DNA from: Rebecca billardiae RCC1528
Lineage: Eukaryota; Protista; Haptophyta
Length of the DNA: 64,000 nucleotides
NCBI GenBank assembly: GCA_965240325.2
Contig: OZ251235.1
Coordinates: forward strand, 1,364,001 to 1,428,000
Reading direction: 5' to 3'
Below the pieces are notes generated by a model. The model was not told the origin of the DNA. It made no database searches and saw nothing but the letters and a program-made list of their open reading frames with translations. Shown piece by piece: positions 1 to 12,142 of the stretch. The stretch's first letter is position 1; every line of letters starts with the position of its first letter. A program made the position numbers and the translations under genes.

Positions 1-334
1 TAATGCTTCGATCGAGTTATTATTATAATGAATATTACGACGACAGCAGTTCTCACCGAGTCTCAGCCGACTCGGGAAAACGTCAACCGCGTCAACGTGA
101 CGATGACGAGACTATCCGACTGGCAACAGTGACACCGCTGATATTGTGTTCATCCGACACGATCAACAGAGCCGTCCGTATCGCGGAGTGGCCTGTCGTC
201 GTCGGACCCGCGATCGCGCATCGTCAGACCGGGTCCCACACTGGCTTTCGGCTCTGGCCGCAGGCGCGGCGCAGGCCGCCTCGCTCCGCCACAGCCGCGC
301 GGGCGCGCGCCGCGCCAGTGCGCGCGAGGCGGGC

Positions 335-2176
<1,842 letters not shown>

Positions 2177-2289
2177 GATTCTCGTCACGAGCGCGCTCCC
2201 TCCCTGTCAGGCTTGTCAGCCGGCTGGACGCTCGTCGCTCGGTTGCAGGGCTGGGCGGCTGCAGATTCCGCACGCGACGCGCACGATCC

Positions 2290-4287
2290 ATGGCGCCAGT
2301 CGCGAAGCGACCTCGTGGCAGCTCGGCGTCCGCACGGGAGGCGGAGTGGGCGGCGGACGCGCTCGAGGTGGTCCTGGCGCGCGGTGCGCACCTCGCATTT
2401 GCCGGCAGCGCGCGGCTGCAGCTCGTGGGCGGCGGCGCGCACGTGCTGGGCTCGGCGCTCCAACCCAGCAGCGCATGGCGCGCGCTGCACTCCCCGGCGG
2501 GCGGCGCCGTGCTCGCCATCGAGGCGGGCGAGGAGGGCGCGCGGATCCGACTCCGCCGGCTCGGCGGCCCCGACCTGTCCGATCTCGACCGCGTGCGCTC
2601 GCTCGACGCCCGCGCGGACGCGGCCTCGCTCAGCGCGGAGCTGCGCGCGCGCGCCGGGCTCACTCTGATTGAGCACGCCGCGGTGCCGCGCGGCGCGGGC
2701 GCGGTGCTCCCACTGGACTGGGTGGAGTGCGCGCGCGGCGTGGGCGCGCGGCTGCGCTCGGCGCCCGTCGTCCTGCTCTGCGGCCCGCGCAACTCGGGCA
2801 AGTCCACCTTCCTACGCCTGCTGCTCAACTGCGCGCTCGAGTCCTGGGGTACAGTCCTGCTGCTGGAGGCGGATGCGGGCCAGCCGGAGCTGAGCACGCC
2901 GGGCGTGCTCGCGCTGCATCGGGTGGAGGAGGCGCTGCTCGGCCCGCCGCACACGCACGCCGCGCCGCCGCACGCCGCGCCGCACCACCCGCTCAGCGCG
3001 CGCTTCCTCGGCGACGTCACGCCCGCGACCGACCCGCAGGGCTTTGCGCGCGCCGTGCAGTCACTCGTCAGCGAGTACCGGACCTCGGAGAACGCGGGGA
3101 CGCCGCTCGTGGTGAACACGTGCGGCTGGGTGCGCGGGCTCGGCTCCGCGCTGCTCGCCGAGGTGGTCGCCGCCGCGCACCCAGACCAGCTCGTGCTGCT
3201 CAAGCCGAGCGGCGGCGGCGGCGGCGCGCGCGCACACGCGCAGCGCGCGGCCGCTGCCGACGAGGCCTGTGCGCGCGCGGATGACGGCGACGGCGCTGCG
3301 GACGGTGCGGACGCAGACGAGGACGGCGCGGGCCTCGAAGCGCGCGCGAGCGGCGCGGGCGTGCGCCTCGAGGAGCTCGGACTCGGCCAGGCCGACGGAG
3401 CGCCCGCGCCGCACGTGCGCACCCTCGCTCCCATCAGCACGTGCGCGCACGCCGCGCGCGCGCTCGGCGCGTGCGGCGTGGCGGCGCCGTCCGCGCCCGA
3501 GCTTCGCAGCTGGAAGCTGGCGTCCTACTTCGCGGCGTGTGCGCGCGCGCAGCAGCCGGCGTCCGGGGCGCACGGCACGCCCGGCGGGCCGCCCGTCCCC
3601 GCCGCCCCGCCCGCCGTCGGCGTGGACAGCTGGCGCGACGGCGGCGCGTGGCGCGCGCTCGGCACGGCGCTGCTACACGCACCCGTGGTGACGGTGCCTC
3701 TGGCGGCGGTGCGGCTCTGTCTCGGGAGCGAGTCCGTGCCCGCGAGCGAGGCGCTGCGCGTGCTCAACGCCGCCGTGGTCGGCCTCCTCGCCGACCCGCG
3801 CCCGCTGCGCGCCGCGCACGCGCCGCACGCCGACGACCAGCCCGACGCGCTGGTAGCGCTGAGCGCGGACGCGCGGCTGCGAGCGCTGGATGTGTGCGGC
3901 GCGGACGGCGCGGCGGCGCCGCGCGCCGGCGCGCAGAGTCTGCAGGGCGCGCCTGCCGCGGCTGAGCGGGCGGGCGCGGGCGTGCGGCTCACGCTGCTCG
4001 CGCACGCGCCCGACTGCGAGTGCGTCGGCCTCGGCATCGTGCGCGCGATCGATGTGCGCGCGGGCTGCGTGCACTTGCTCACGCCCGTGCCGACAGCAGC
4101 GCTCGCGCGCGTGAACACGCTCGTCCGAGCGAGCGTGCCCGTGCCTGCGGCCATGCTCGGCGGCGGCGCAGGCCCAGCAGGCGCACAGCCCTACCTGACG
4201 GCCGAGGCACTCACGGGGCCCGGCGCCGGCGGCGCAGCGATGCGCTCGAGGAACAACTTGCGCCGGGGCGGTGGCGGAGCCAACTAG
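2290..4287 (+). CDS. NOL9: Polynucleotide 5'-hydroxyl kinase NOL9/Grc3 (Clp1 family)
   Basis: Walker A CGPRNSGKST, EADAGQPE, PLVVNTCGWVRGLG, C-terminal GLGIVRAID...LLTPVP and MRSRNNLRR tail; single 665-aa ORF, divergent from METAP2. Confidence 0.88.
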   Translation: MAPVAKRPRGSSASAREAEWAADALEVVLARGAHLAFAGSARLQLVGGGAHVLGSALQPSSAWRALHSPAGGAVLAIEAGEEGARIRLRRLGGPDLSDLDRVRSLDARADAASLSAELRARAGLTLIEHAAVPRGAGAVLPLDWVECARGVGARLRSAPVVLLCGPRNSGKSTFLRLLLNCALESWGTVLLLEADAGQPELSTPGVLALHRVEEALLGPPHTHAAPPHAAPHHPLSARFLGDVTPATDPQGFARAVQSLVSEYRTSENAGTPLVVNTCGWVRGLGSALLAEVVAAAHPDQLVLLKPSGGGGGARAHAQRAAAADEACARADDGDGAADGADADEDGAGLEARASGAGVRLEELGLGQADGAPAPHVRTLAPISTCAHAARALGACGVAAPSAPELRSWKLASYFAACARAQQPASGAHGTPGGPPVPAAPPAVGVDSWRDGGAWRALGTALLHAPVVTVPLAAVRLCLGSESVPASEALRVLNAAVVGLLADPRPLRAAHAPHADDQPDALVALSADARLRALDVCGADGAAAPRAGAQSLQGAPAAAERAGAGVRLTLLAHAPDCECVGLGIVRAIDVRAGCVHLLTPVPTAALARVNTLVRASVPVPAAMLGGGAGPAGAQPYLTAEALTGPGAGGAAMRSRNNLRRGGGGAN

Positions 4288-5031
4288 CAGCAGCGGCGCG
4301 CACATGGCACGCGCCGCGCGCGCCGCGATGCCGCCCGTCTGCCGCGCTGGCAAGTGGCAGCCTGGCCCCAGCGGGTGACATACAAGCCGCCAACCGTCGT
4401 CGCGTGAACCGACGACGCAGCGCTGGCATCACGACTACTTGGCACTGCGCGATCAAGCGCGGGCAAGCCGCCGTGCCGCCGCCGACATGCTGCTGTTGAA
4501 TACGCGCGCGCGGACGACAGTCGTGCGGGCCGCTCGTCCGGGTTGGGCGGAGTCGGCGTCGCCGCGGGCCCGCGGCGGGCGCGGTCGCGGTCGTCGTCGA
4601 AGCCTACGGCGGACTATAGGGTCACTCATGCGGGTCGGACTACTCGCGGGCGCTCCGATGATGCTGATGCAGCATGTATATCATCATGGGTCGGCGTCAG
4701 ACGACGATTACACGCATATACGACGACATATTTTGCGCATGTCATTGTCAAGAGTTACAACCGTACAAGTATATATATGACCGCGTTCCGCGGTCCTTTT
4801 CTGCATAGAATCAACGCAGTTGGGGGCCCGCGGTGGCCGTGCAATCGCGGCTCTCCGCCGTAGTGGCAGTTCGCCAGTTGAAGTCGGTTCTGAGATGACT
4901 GAAGCTATATTAGTCCGACCGTCGCCCTGCCTGCGCGACCGCGAGACTCATTCACACTTCACACAATCACAGCAGCGGACCTGAGACCGCACCCGGCACC
5001 GGTCGTCAAATCGGACGTCCGTCTGACAACT

Positions 5032-5176
5032 AGCTGCCAAATGTCCAACTGGCTGATCAGCTCGGATCCGACCCGTCCGCGATCGTGCCATCGGCATCGG
5101 AATTACTACTAGTAGCTGCCAAACTGTGTCCAACTCTGGCTGATCAGCTCGGATCCGACCCGTCCGCGATCGTGCC
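5032..5176. repeat. Short imperfect direct duplication (~38-bp core, period ~87 bp)
   Basis: gctgatcagctcggatccgacccgtccgcgatcgtgcc at ~5052 and ~5139, each preceded by agctgccaaa. Confidence 0.85.
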
Positions 5177-5510
5177 GAGTGAGTCGTGCCGCGGAGCTCG
5201 GAGTACTGAAGGAGTCGGGTGTGACAGCAGGGTGCTTTAGCGCTGCGGCCCGTGCCAGCCAACGACCAGACGTACTCTGGCCACTTGACCCGTTGCACGG
5301 GTGAGTGACCGTACGCCCTGCCTAGTGCCTACCGCGCGCGCCGCGCGACCGGCGACTCGGGGTGATGGAGAGCGGATGGCGACAGCAGCAGCAGTCCTCA
5401 TGAAGACGATGAAACTGGCGGCACGGGTGCACGAGGTGGCAGGCGAAAGCGCGCCGACGAGACCGCATTTGACACACCTGAGCCGCACGCGCGTGCCGTC
5501 GCCAAGCGGC

Positions 5511-5926
5511 GAGCGCTGCAAACGCGCAACCGTACCGCGCGCGCCACGACGGCGCGGCACTAGCTGATGCAGGCCGTACTGCCGGCACTGCTTCTGCGAT
5601 CATGCGCCACGGTCGCAGCTGACTGCGTGAGCAGCAAGCGGGAGGCGGGTCCGGAGGCACGTGCAGGCGCCGTCCCGCATATCCGCCATCGCCCATCGTG
5701 CCGGGGCACGTCACCTCCGGAGCGCTGCAAACAAACGCGCAACCGTACCGCGCGCGCCACGACGGCGCGGCACTAGCTGATGCAGGCCGTACTGCCGGCA
5801 CTGCTTCTGCGATCATGCGCCACGGTCGCAGCTGACTGCGTGAGCAGCAAGCGGGAGGCGGGTCCGGAGGCACGTGCAGGCGCCGTCCCGCATATCCGCC
5901 ATCGCCCATCGTGCCGGGGCACGTCA
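5511..5926. repeat. Near-perfect tandem duplication, period ~213 bp
   Basis: 5511-5713 recurs at 5720-5926; ORFs at 5567 and 5780 begin with the same translation. Confidence 0.92.
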
Positions 5927-6571
5927 GTGATCGTCACCTCCGACGATCCGGATGTGGCCCAGTCCGGACGTCACGCGATCCGGGAAGACGAGTACGATTC
6001 GCTCGTAACGAACCGTTACACTAATGTCACGTCCAGCTGACGTCCAGATCGCACTTTACTTAAGGGAATCAGCTGGGCGCGCTCTTTTTCGGCCTAATAG
6101 ACCTCTCTATGCGATCTCAAACTGAACTCGAAACTCGGTCTCCGCCAGCCCTAAAAATCGCCCCCCGTCCCTTTTTTCCGCCGCCCCCCGTCCCTTTTTT
6201 CTTGATCAAAGATCTTTTTGAAACGTGGTTCGGGCCCGCTGGTGCGGGCTCCACGCTGCGCGCTCCGCCCTGCACCGCGGGCCATGAATATGTACGTGCG
6301 CCTCGTCGTACGGTACTAGTCGATCGTAGCAGGCTTCACGCGTCGTCCGGCCCGGCCGGACCATAACTTGCGGCAGTGCGGAGTGCCCCAGCCCCAGGCC
6401 CAGGTTTCGCCTTTCGAGTTATTTCATCGGTGGCGCTTCGATATGGCGGCTTCTGAGTTGCGCGGCTTCCTAAATCCGGGCCCGCGCGATCCCGCTCCAA
6501 TTACCAATACCGCCGTGTCACACGCGCGTACTGCATCATCACGACGCACGCATCATCACGGTGCGCCAACA

Positions 6572-8005
6572 TCACACCAGCGGATTGCCGTGCTCGGAGG
6601 GCGCCTTTGGCGGCGGCCGTGCACCTTGGCGCCCGTGCCGCGAGCCGCCGTGCGAGGAGCCGCCGTGTGCCGCGCTGAGCGCACCGCCGCTGCCCGAGCG
6701 GCCCATCGGCGCGCTCGGCACGATCTCGAGCCCGTCGAGGCCCGACGCGGTGGTGGTCGCGCCCAGCTCGCGCTCGAAGCGCTCCCCGCGCCACTGGTAC
6801 AGCTGCCCGCCCGAGTGCCCGCTGAGCAGCGCCTTCGCGCCCACGCCGAGCGAGAAGAGAGAGTTGGCCGCGGCGGCGGGCGCGGCGGCGGTCCCCACCA
6901 CGCGCGGCTTGGCCGGCGGCTCGGCCGGCCGCGCGGCGTCGAGCTCGTGCGCGACGATGGGCGCGCCGCGGTCGGCGCCGACGAGGAGCAGCGGCGCGCT
7001 CCTGCCCGAAGCGACCGGCGCGCCCGCGCCCGACCACAGCCCCGCCGGCACGATCACCAGCGCGCGGCACCGCGCCTGCTCGCCCGCGCCGCCGAGCGTT
7101 CGCAGGGGCGCGGCGCTTGGCACGTCCCACTGGACGACGCGCGCCTCGAGGTCGCCGGTGAAGAGCACCGCGTCGCCGTGCCACGCGAGCGCGCGCAGCG
7201 CGGCGGTGTGCGAGCCGAGCAGCGCGCCGAGCGCCACGCCCGACGCCGCGTCCCACACCATCGCGCCAAACTCCCCGTCGAGCTGGCGCTCATTGGCCGC
7301 CGCCACGGCCGCCTGACGCTCGGCCGCGGTGCCGCCGTCGCCGCCGCCGTCCGCGAGCGAGAGGAGCGAGCGCGTGTCGACGATGTGCGCGGTGGCGATC
7401 TTCTGCACCGCGCCCGCGCCCGCGGGCTTCGGCCCGAGCGCGAGCGCGATCGCGCCGTTCGAAGAGAGCAGCTTGGCAGGCCCGCGCGCGCTCGGCACCG
7501 GCCCCTTCGCGCGGAAGCTGGTGTGCGCGCTCACGTGCGGCACCTCCGGGTCGGGCCCGGCCCGGACGGTGGGGTTGGGCGGGATGGCCCAGGAGAGCAC
7601 GCCCTCGAGCGCGTGCCCGCAGTACAGCGTCGTCGCCGTCGCCTCGACGCCGTAGCCTGAGAAGGGCTTGCCCGGCCCGGTGGTGAAGATGCGGAGGAGC
7701 TGCGCGTCCGAGCGGCGCCAGCAGCACACGCCCGGCAGCCCGGCGGGGACGGCGAAGAGTAGGTCGACGCCGCCGCGCGTGGTGCACTGCGCCAGGTCGA
7801 TCACGTCGCGCTCGCACCCGAAGTACACCCGCTGCAGCTCGGCGCTACCCAGGTGGTACTGGCGCACAAAGTAGTCAAACGAGCCAGTGTACACGAGCTC
7901 CGGGTCGTTCTCGTCGAAGATGATGGCCTTGACGCACGGGCGCTTCTTCGTCGTGCTGTGGTGCTCGTGGAAGTCGTCGCGCGACGTGCACACGTAGTTC
8001 CCCAT
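6572..8005 (-). CDS. WD40-repeat protein, probably N-acylated (477 aa)
   Basis: LVYTGSFDYFVRQYHL, GSHTAALRALAWHGDAVLFTGDLEARVVQWDV, LLSGHSGGQLYQW; N-terminus MGNYVCTS. Confidence 0.75.
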   Translation of the reverse strand: MGNYVCTSRDDFHEHHSTTKKRPCVKAIIFDENDPELVYTGSFDYFVRQYHLGSAELQRVYFGCERDVIDLAQCTTRGGVDLLFAVPAGLPGVCCWRRSDAQLLRIFTTGPGKPFSGYGVEATATTLYCGHALEGVLSWAIPPNPTVRAGPDPEVPHVSAHTSFRAKGPVPSARGPAKLLSSNGAIALALGPKPAGAGAVQKIATAHIVDTRSLLSLADGGGDGGTAAERQAAVAAANERQLDGEFGAMVWDAASGVALGALLGSHTAALRALAWHGDAVLFTGDLEARVVQWDVPSAAPLRTLGGAGEQARCRALVIVPAGLWSGAGAPVASGRSAPLLLVGADRGAPIVAHELDAARPAEPPAKPRVVGTAAAPAAAANSLFSLGVGAKALLSGHSGGQLYQWRGERFERELGATTTASGLDGLEIVPSAPMGRSGSGGALSAAHGGSSHGGSRHGRQGARPPPKAPSEHGNPLV

Positions 8006-8650
8006 CGCCGACGTCCACGAGGCGGCCTTGGGAGTTGGGAGGCTGACGGCTTGAAGCTGTTCGTGCTCACGAGTGCCCCAAACACCCCAACCGAAATTCG
8101 ATCGCGCGATGATGAATACACGGTACGCAAGTACGCAACCGCTTGCTGATACAAGTATATGCCGTTACATCTGCCGGTAGTAGTAGTCATCTCCCACGGC
8201 CGGAGCAGGATGGCCGCCCCGCGCAAAAAGGTCGAGATGTAGTGGCCTAGTGGGCCACAAGCGGCCGAGCAGAGCGGGGCCGGCGACGAGAGCAGCCGAG
8301 GACGGCCGTGCCTCAGCAAGCACACACCAACACCGTGGCAGCATCATGCGCACGCGCACCGAGGGCGCAGCCGACTCCGCAGCGTGGGGCCCGCGGAGGG
8401 TCCGCGCCGGTTGCTCACTCAGCTCAGATCGGCGCCCGCGGCGCCGACTGACGGCGCGCCGCCCACCTAACGTCCCAACGACACATGCAGGCAGGGTCCA
8501 ACGTCCGGGCAGCCGAGAGATCGCGCAGCTCCGCGCGCCCGACCGCAGCCACGCGCCTGCGGCGCGCGCCCAGGCGCCCGCGCGCCTCCCGCGCGCCTGC
8601 GCGGCGCCAGCCGGGCGCACGGCCGACGAGCGCGGAAGCCGCTCGCTCCC

Positions 8651-9534
8651 TCAGTCGGTGCTGCGCTTGGGCGCGCCCGCGCGCGAGAGCGCGGGCGCGT
8701 CCGCCTGCAGCCTGAGGAAGAGGACAGCCACGACGGCGACGAGCGTGCCGAAGAGAGCCTTGAGCGCGAGCGAGCCCGCCGAGCGCACCACCTCGTACCC
8801 CACCACCATCCGGCGCAGCGGGAGCACCACGTCCGGCACGCCGTCGGCCGAGAAGTCGGCCACGAGCGGCGGCCCTGTCGGCACACACGGCAGTGCCGCG
8901 GACGCGAGCGGCTCGCCGGCCGCGGAGAGAACGACCAGGTTGCGCGCGCCGGTCGCGAGCAGGTAGTGCTCGGAGAGGCGCTCGGCGGCGTCGGCGCCAC
9001 CGCCGAACATGGGCGCGCCGGCCTCGGCCGCGAGCGACGCGGGCGTGCTCAGCGTGAGCCGCTCGATCGACGGGAACAGCGCCTCCGCCTCAGGCCCGGC
9101 GACGTGCGCGCTCAGCTCCCCCGCCGCCCACCACGCGCCTGTCGAGCGGAACCAGTTGGTCTTGCCCGTGGCGGAGACGGAGGTGACTCGGCCGGAGGAG
9201 GCTAGGAAGACGGTGTCGCGCGTGCGCGCGCGCTCCGCCGGGCCGCGCGCCGCGCTCGGCAGCGTGAGCGGCGCGACCACCGCCACCTGCGCGCTGCTCA
9301 TCGCGCGCGACGCGAGGTCGGAGCTCGCGGGGATGCGCGGCCGGCCGGGCTGCGCCGTGCGCGCGGCCGAGTTGATGCGCATGCGCGAGGTGCGTGCGCA
9401 GAGCCCGGCCTGCCAGAGCGCGCGGCGCGTGGGCATGCCGGACGTCGCGACGCCGACGCACGCGCCCGTGCCCTCCGCCTGCGCGCTCGCCGCGAGCAGC
9501 GCGCGCGCGCTCGAGCTCGCATTCACGGCCGCAT

Positions 9535-9569
<35 letters not shown>

Positions 9570-11140
9570 GACGCGGCGGCGGGGGGCGCAAGTCCGAGCG
9601 CCGCGGCGGCAGCGTCTTCGCCCACCTCGGTGCCGACGGCGTACACGTGGTCGAGCACCGTGTCCCCGTTCACGTCCGTGTGCACGCGGTGGTGCACGCC
9701 GCCGCCCTCGCCGTCGCGCCCGCCGCCAGGCGCGCCCACCAGAGGCACCCTCGCCAGAACCCGCCCAGTGTACAGGTGGAGCACATCCAGGCCCTCTGCG
9801 CCGCGGCCGACGAGCACGTTCGGCGTGGCGGCGTACGCGAGGTCCGCGGCGCGCTGCGCGGCGGAGGTGTCATCGGCGCCGAGCGAGCCATCCGCGCCGC
9901 CGCCGCCGCCGCCGCCGCCGCCCTCGTCCGCGGCGCGCGCGCCCGCCCGCCCAAAGGGAAGCCAGGTCGACCAGGGCGCGAATGCGTGCGCGCCCGCCGC
10001 GCGCTCTGCGGCGCGGCGCGCCGCGTCGTCGGAGCTCGGCCGCGCGGTGCGGCGGCGCTCCTTCTCGAAGTGCGCGAGCACGAGCTGCGTGTCCGAGCGC
10101 CGGCGCCAGCGCAGCTCCGGCAGCAGCGCGCGCACAACCGAGCGCTTGAAGAGACGCCAGTCGCGCTCAGCCGTCGCTCCAGCCTGCGGCGCGCGCTTGC
10201 CGCCGCCGCCGCCGCCGCCGCCGCCGCGCGTGCCGCCGAGCGAGTGCGGGTCGAGGCGGAACTCGAGCGGCGCGCCGCGCGCGTCGGCGGCGGCGAGCGC
10301 GTCGTGCGCGTCGCCCACCACCTGGCTCCAGTGCACCGTACCCGACGCGCCCTCCAGCGCGAAGTAGTGCAGCTGCAGCCAGCCCGCGTCGGCGCCAGAG
10401 TGCCCCGCGTCAGACACCCAAGGGGCTCCCGGGCTCCCCTCCGCCGCCTCGCGCGCGGCCTCGCGCGCGCGGAGGCCGTCGACGCCCGCCTCGGCGTCGG
10501 CGGCGCGCGGGGCCAGCCGGCCGGACACGAGCACCACGCCGCGCGCGCCCGGCTCGAGCGACCACGGCGCCACCGTCAGCGCCGCCTCGCGGTGGCACAG
10601 CCGATCATCGAGGGCGGCATGGGCGACGACCGACGTCCACTGCAGCTGCAGCGACGCGTTGAAGAGGAGCACGGACCAGCCGTCGGTGAGCACGGCGATG
10701 GAGGGGGAGGGCGAGCTCGGGTCGAGCCGCCCGCTGCTCATCGCCACCGGCCGCCGGCCGGACGCGAGCGCCACCGAGCCGCGGAGCGCCGCCTCGGCGA
10801 GCACGGGCAGCGAGCGCCACCCGTCGGCGCCCGGCGCGGCCGCGCCCTGCGCGAACGCGTCGGCCGCGCCGACGCCGCGCGTGTCGTACGCGACCAGCCG
10901 GCCGTCCGGCGTGGCCACCACCACCTCCGCCTGCCCGTCGCCGTCCAGGTCGACGACGAGCGGCGGCGGCAGCTGCTCGAGCTCATTCGCGTACGCGCCG
11001 TTTGAGTAACGGCTCACGTCGATGGGCACCACCCAGGAGGCGCGGAGCTGCACGTCGGTGCCGGTGCGGAAGGCGATGAGCGCGCCGACCATGCACGCTA
11101 CCAGCACCACCGCGTCGCGCGGCAGCAGCTGCGCGCTCAT
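8651..11140 (-). CDS. FG-GAP repeat type I membrane protein similar to plant NERD1 (At3g51050) family
   Basis: From ATG 11140: signal-like segment, LPPPLVVDLDGDGQAEVVVATPDG, SGRRPVAM, DVNGDTVLD, PLVADFSADGVPDVV, C-terminal TM helix (LFGTLVAVVAVLFL) and short tail. Confidence 0.82.
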
Positions 11141-11741
11141 CGCGCCCGCGTCGGCGGCGCGAGGCGCGACTACAAGCAGCAGCGCAAGACGGGTTAGGTC
11201 TGCTGGGTCCGGCTCTCGGCACCGGACGCGGGTACCGGACGCGGGTGCACCGCCCGGGCCCGGGCTGCCCACTGTTTGCCCGGTGCTTCCGCCGCGGCCG
11301 GAGAGAACCGGCCGATGATCGAGAGGCTGCCGCCAAGCGAACGCGTTCTCCGACTGCTGGACGACGACGCGCGCCACCCGTCCGTACCGACTACCGTGCT
11401 AGTACCACGCTCACTGCCGCCTACAGTCGTAGCTGTAAACGACGACGCGTCGTCGTAGGAGTACTCACGTAGCCGGCGCGATATCGCAGAGGCGCCCGGG
11501 AGAGGCGGCGGACCGGCGTGCGGCCCGTCGGCGTGAGCAGCCGGTCACGCCGACGGCACTGTAGCTTATTTGTAAGGTCGATCGAGTGGCTCTGTCCGGA
11601 CGGGCCGGTAGTCTACTCATCATCCTTCTTGTCTTGAATTGGGCATCGCGCGCTGCGACTGATGCCCAGAGGCGGCCAAAAGGAGGCCATATTATGGAGT
11701 TGCGCCGAATAACTTATTTATCGTCGCTGTCTGCGCTCAGA

Positions 11742-11815
11742 CTCCCCGCGGCCAACGCGCTCACACCCTCTGTCTCCAATCAGTACTTCGACAGACGAAT
11801 CAGGAGAGCTGCGCC
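11742..11815 (-). repeat. Internal fragment of the dispersed ATTCTATGATT-family repeat
   Basis: tcagtacttcgacagacgaatcaggagagctgcgcc is the reverse complement of ~29129-29164; ccgcggccaacgcgctc matches the reverse complement of ~29188-29204. Confidence 0.8.
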
Positions 11816-12142
11816 TAAAGAAGTCTCAGTCGTGGCAATCCGGCCGTGACTCGATGAATCCCGGGGCAGGCGGGGCACTCGGGCCGCGGCGCAGTAATCT
11901 GAAATGATGAATACTATGACGACTGAGAGCGGCCTCCCGATATCAGTATAATCAACAATATGCCATCAGCATGATCATCGGCCGCATCGTTCCGATCCGT
12001 GATGTCGTGGCGGTCGGCCCGCAGGCTGACATCCTGCGGACCTCCGGGGCCGTGGGACCCTCGGCCTCGGGCCTCGGCGGCCCGCATCCGATCATTCACC
12101 GGTATCTCCACCGGGCCGCGTCGTGCTGCTCCCAGGAAGTCC

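Noticed and set aside
6225-6260. GGTTCG B-box-like word suggesting a tRNA
   Set aside because: No cloverleaf or A-box could be built.
11141-11377. N-terminal extension of the 908-aa ORF
   Set aside because: Non-ATG start; family similarity and the signal-like segment begin at ATG 11140.
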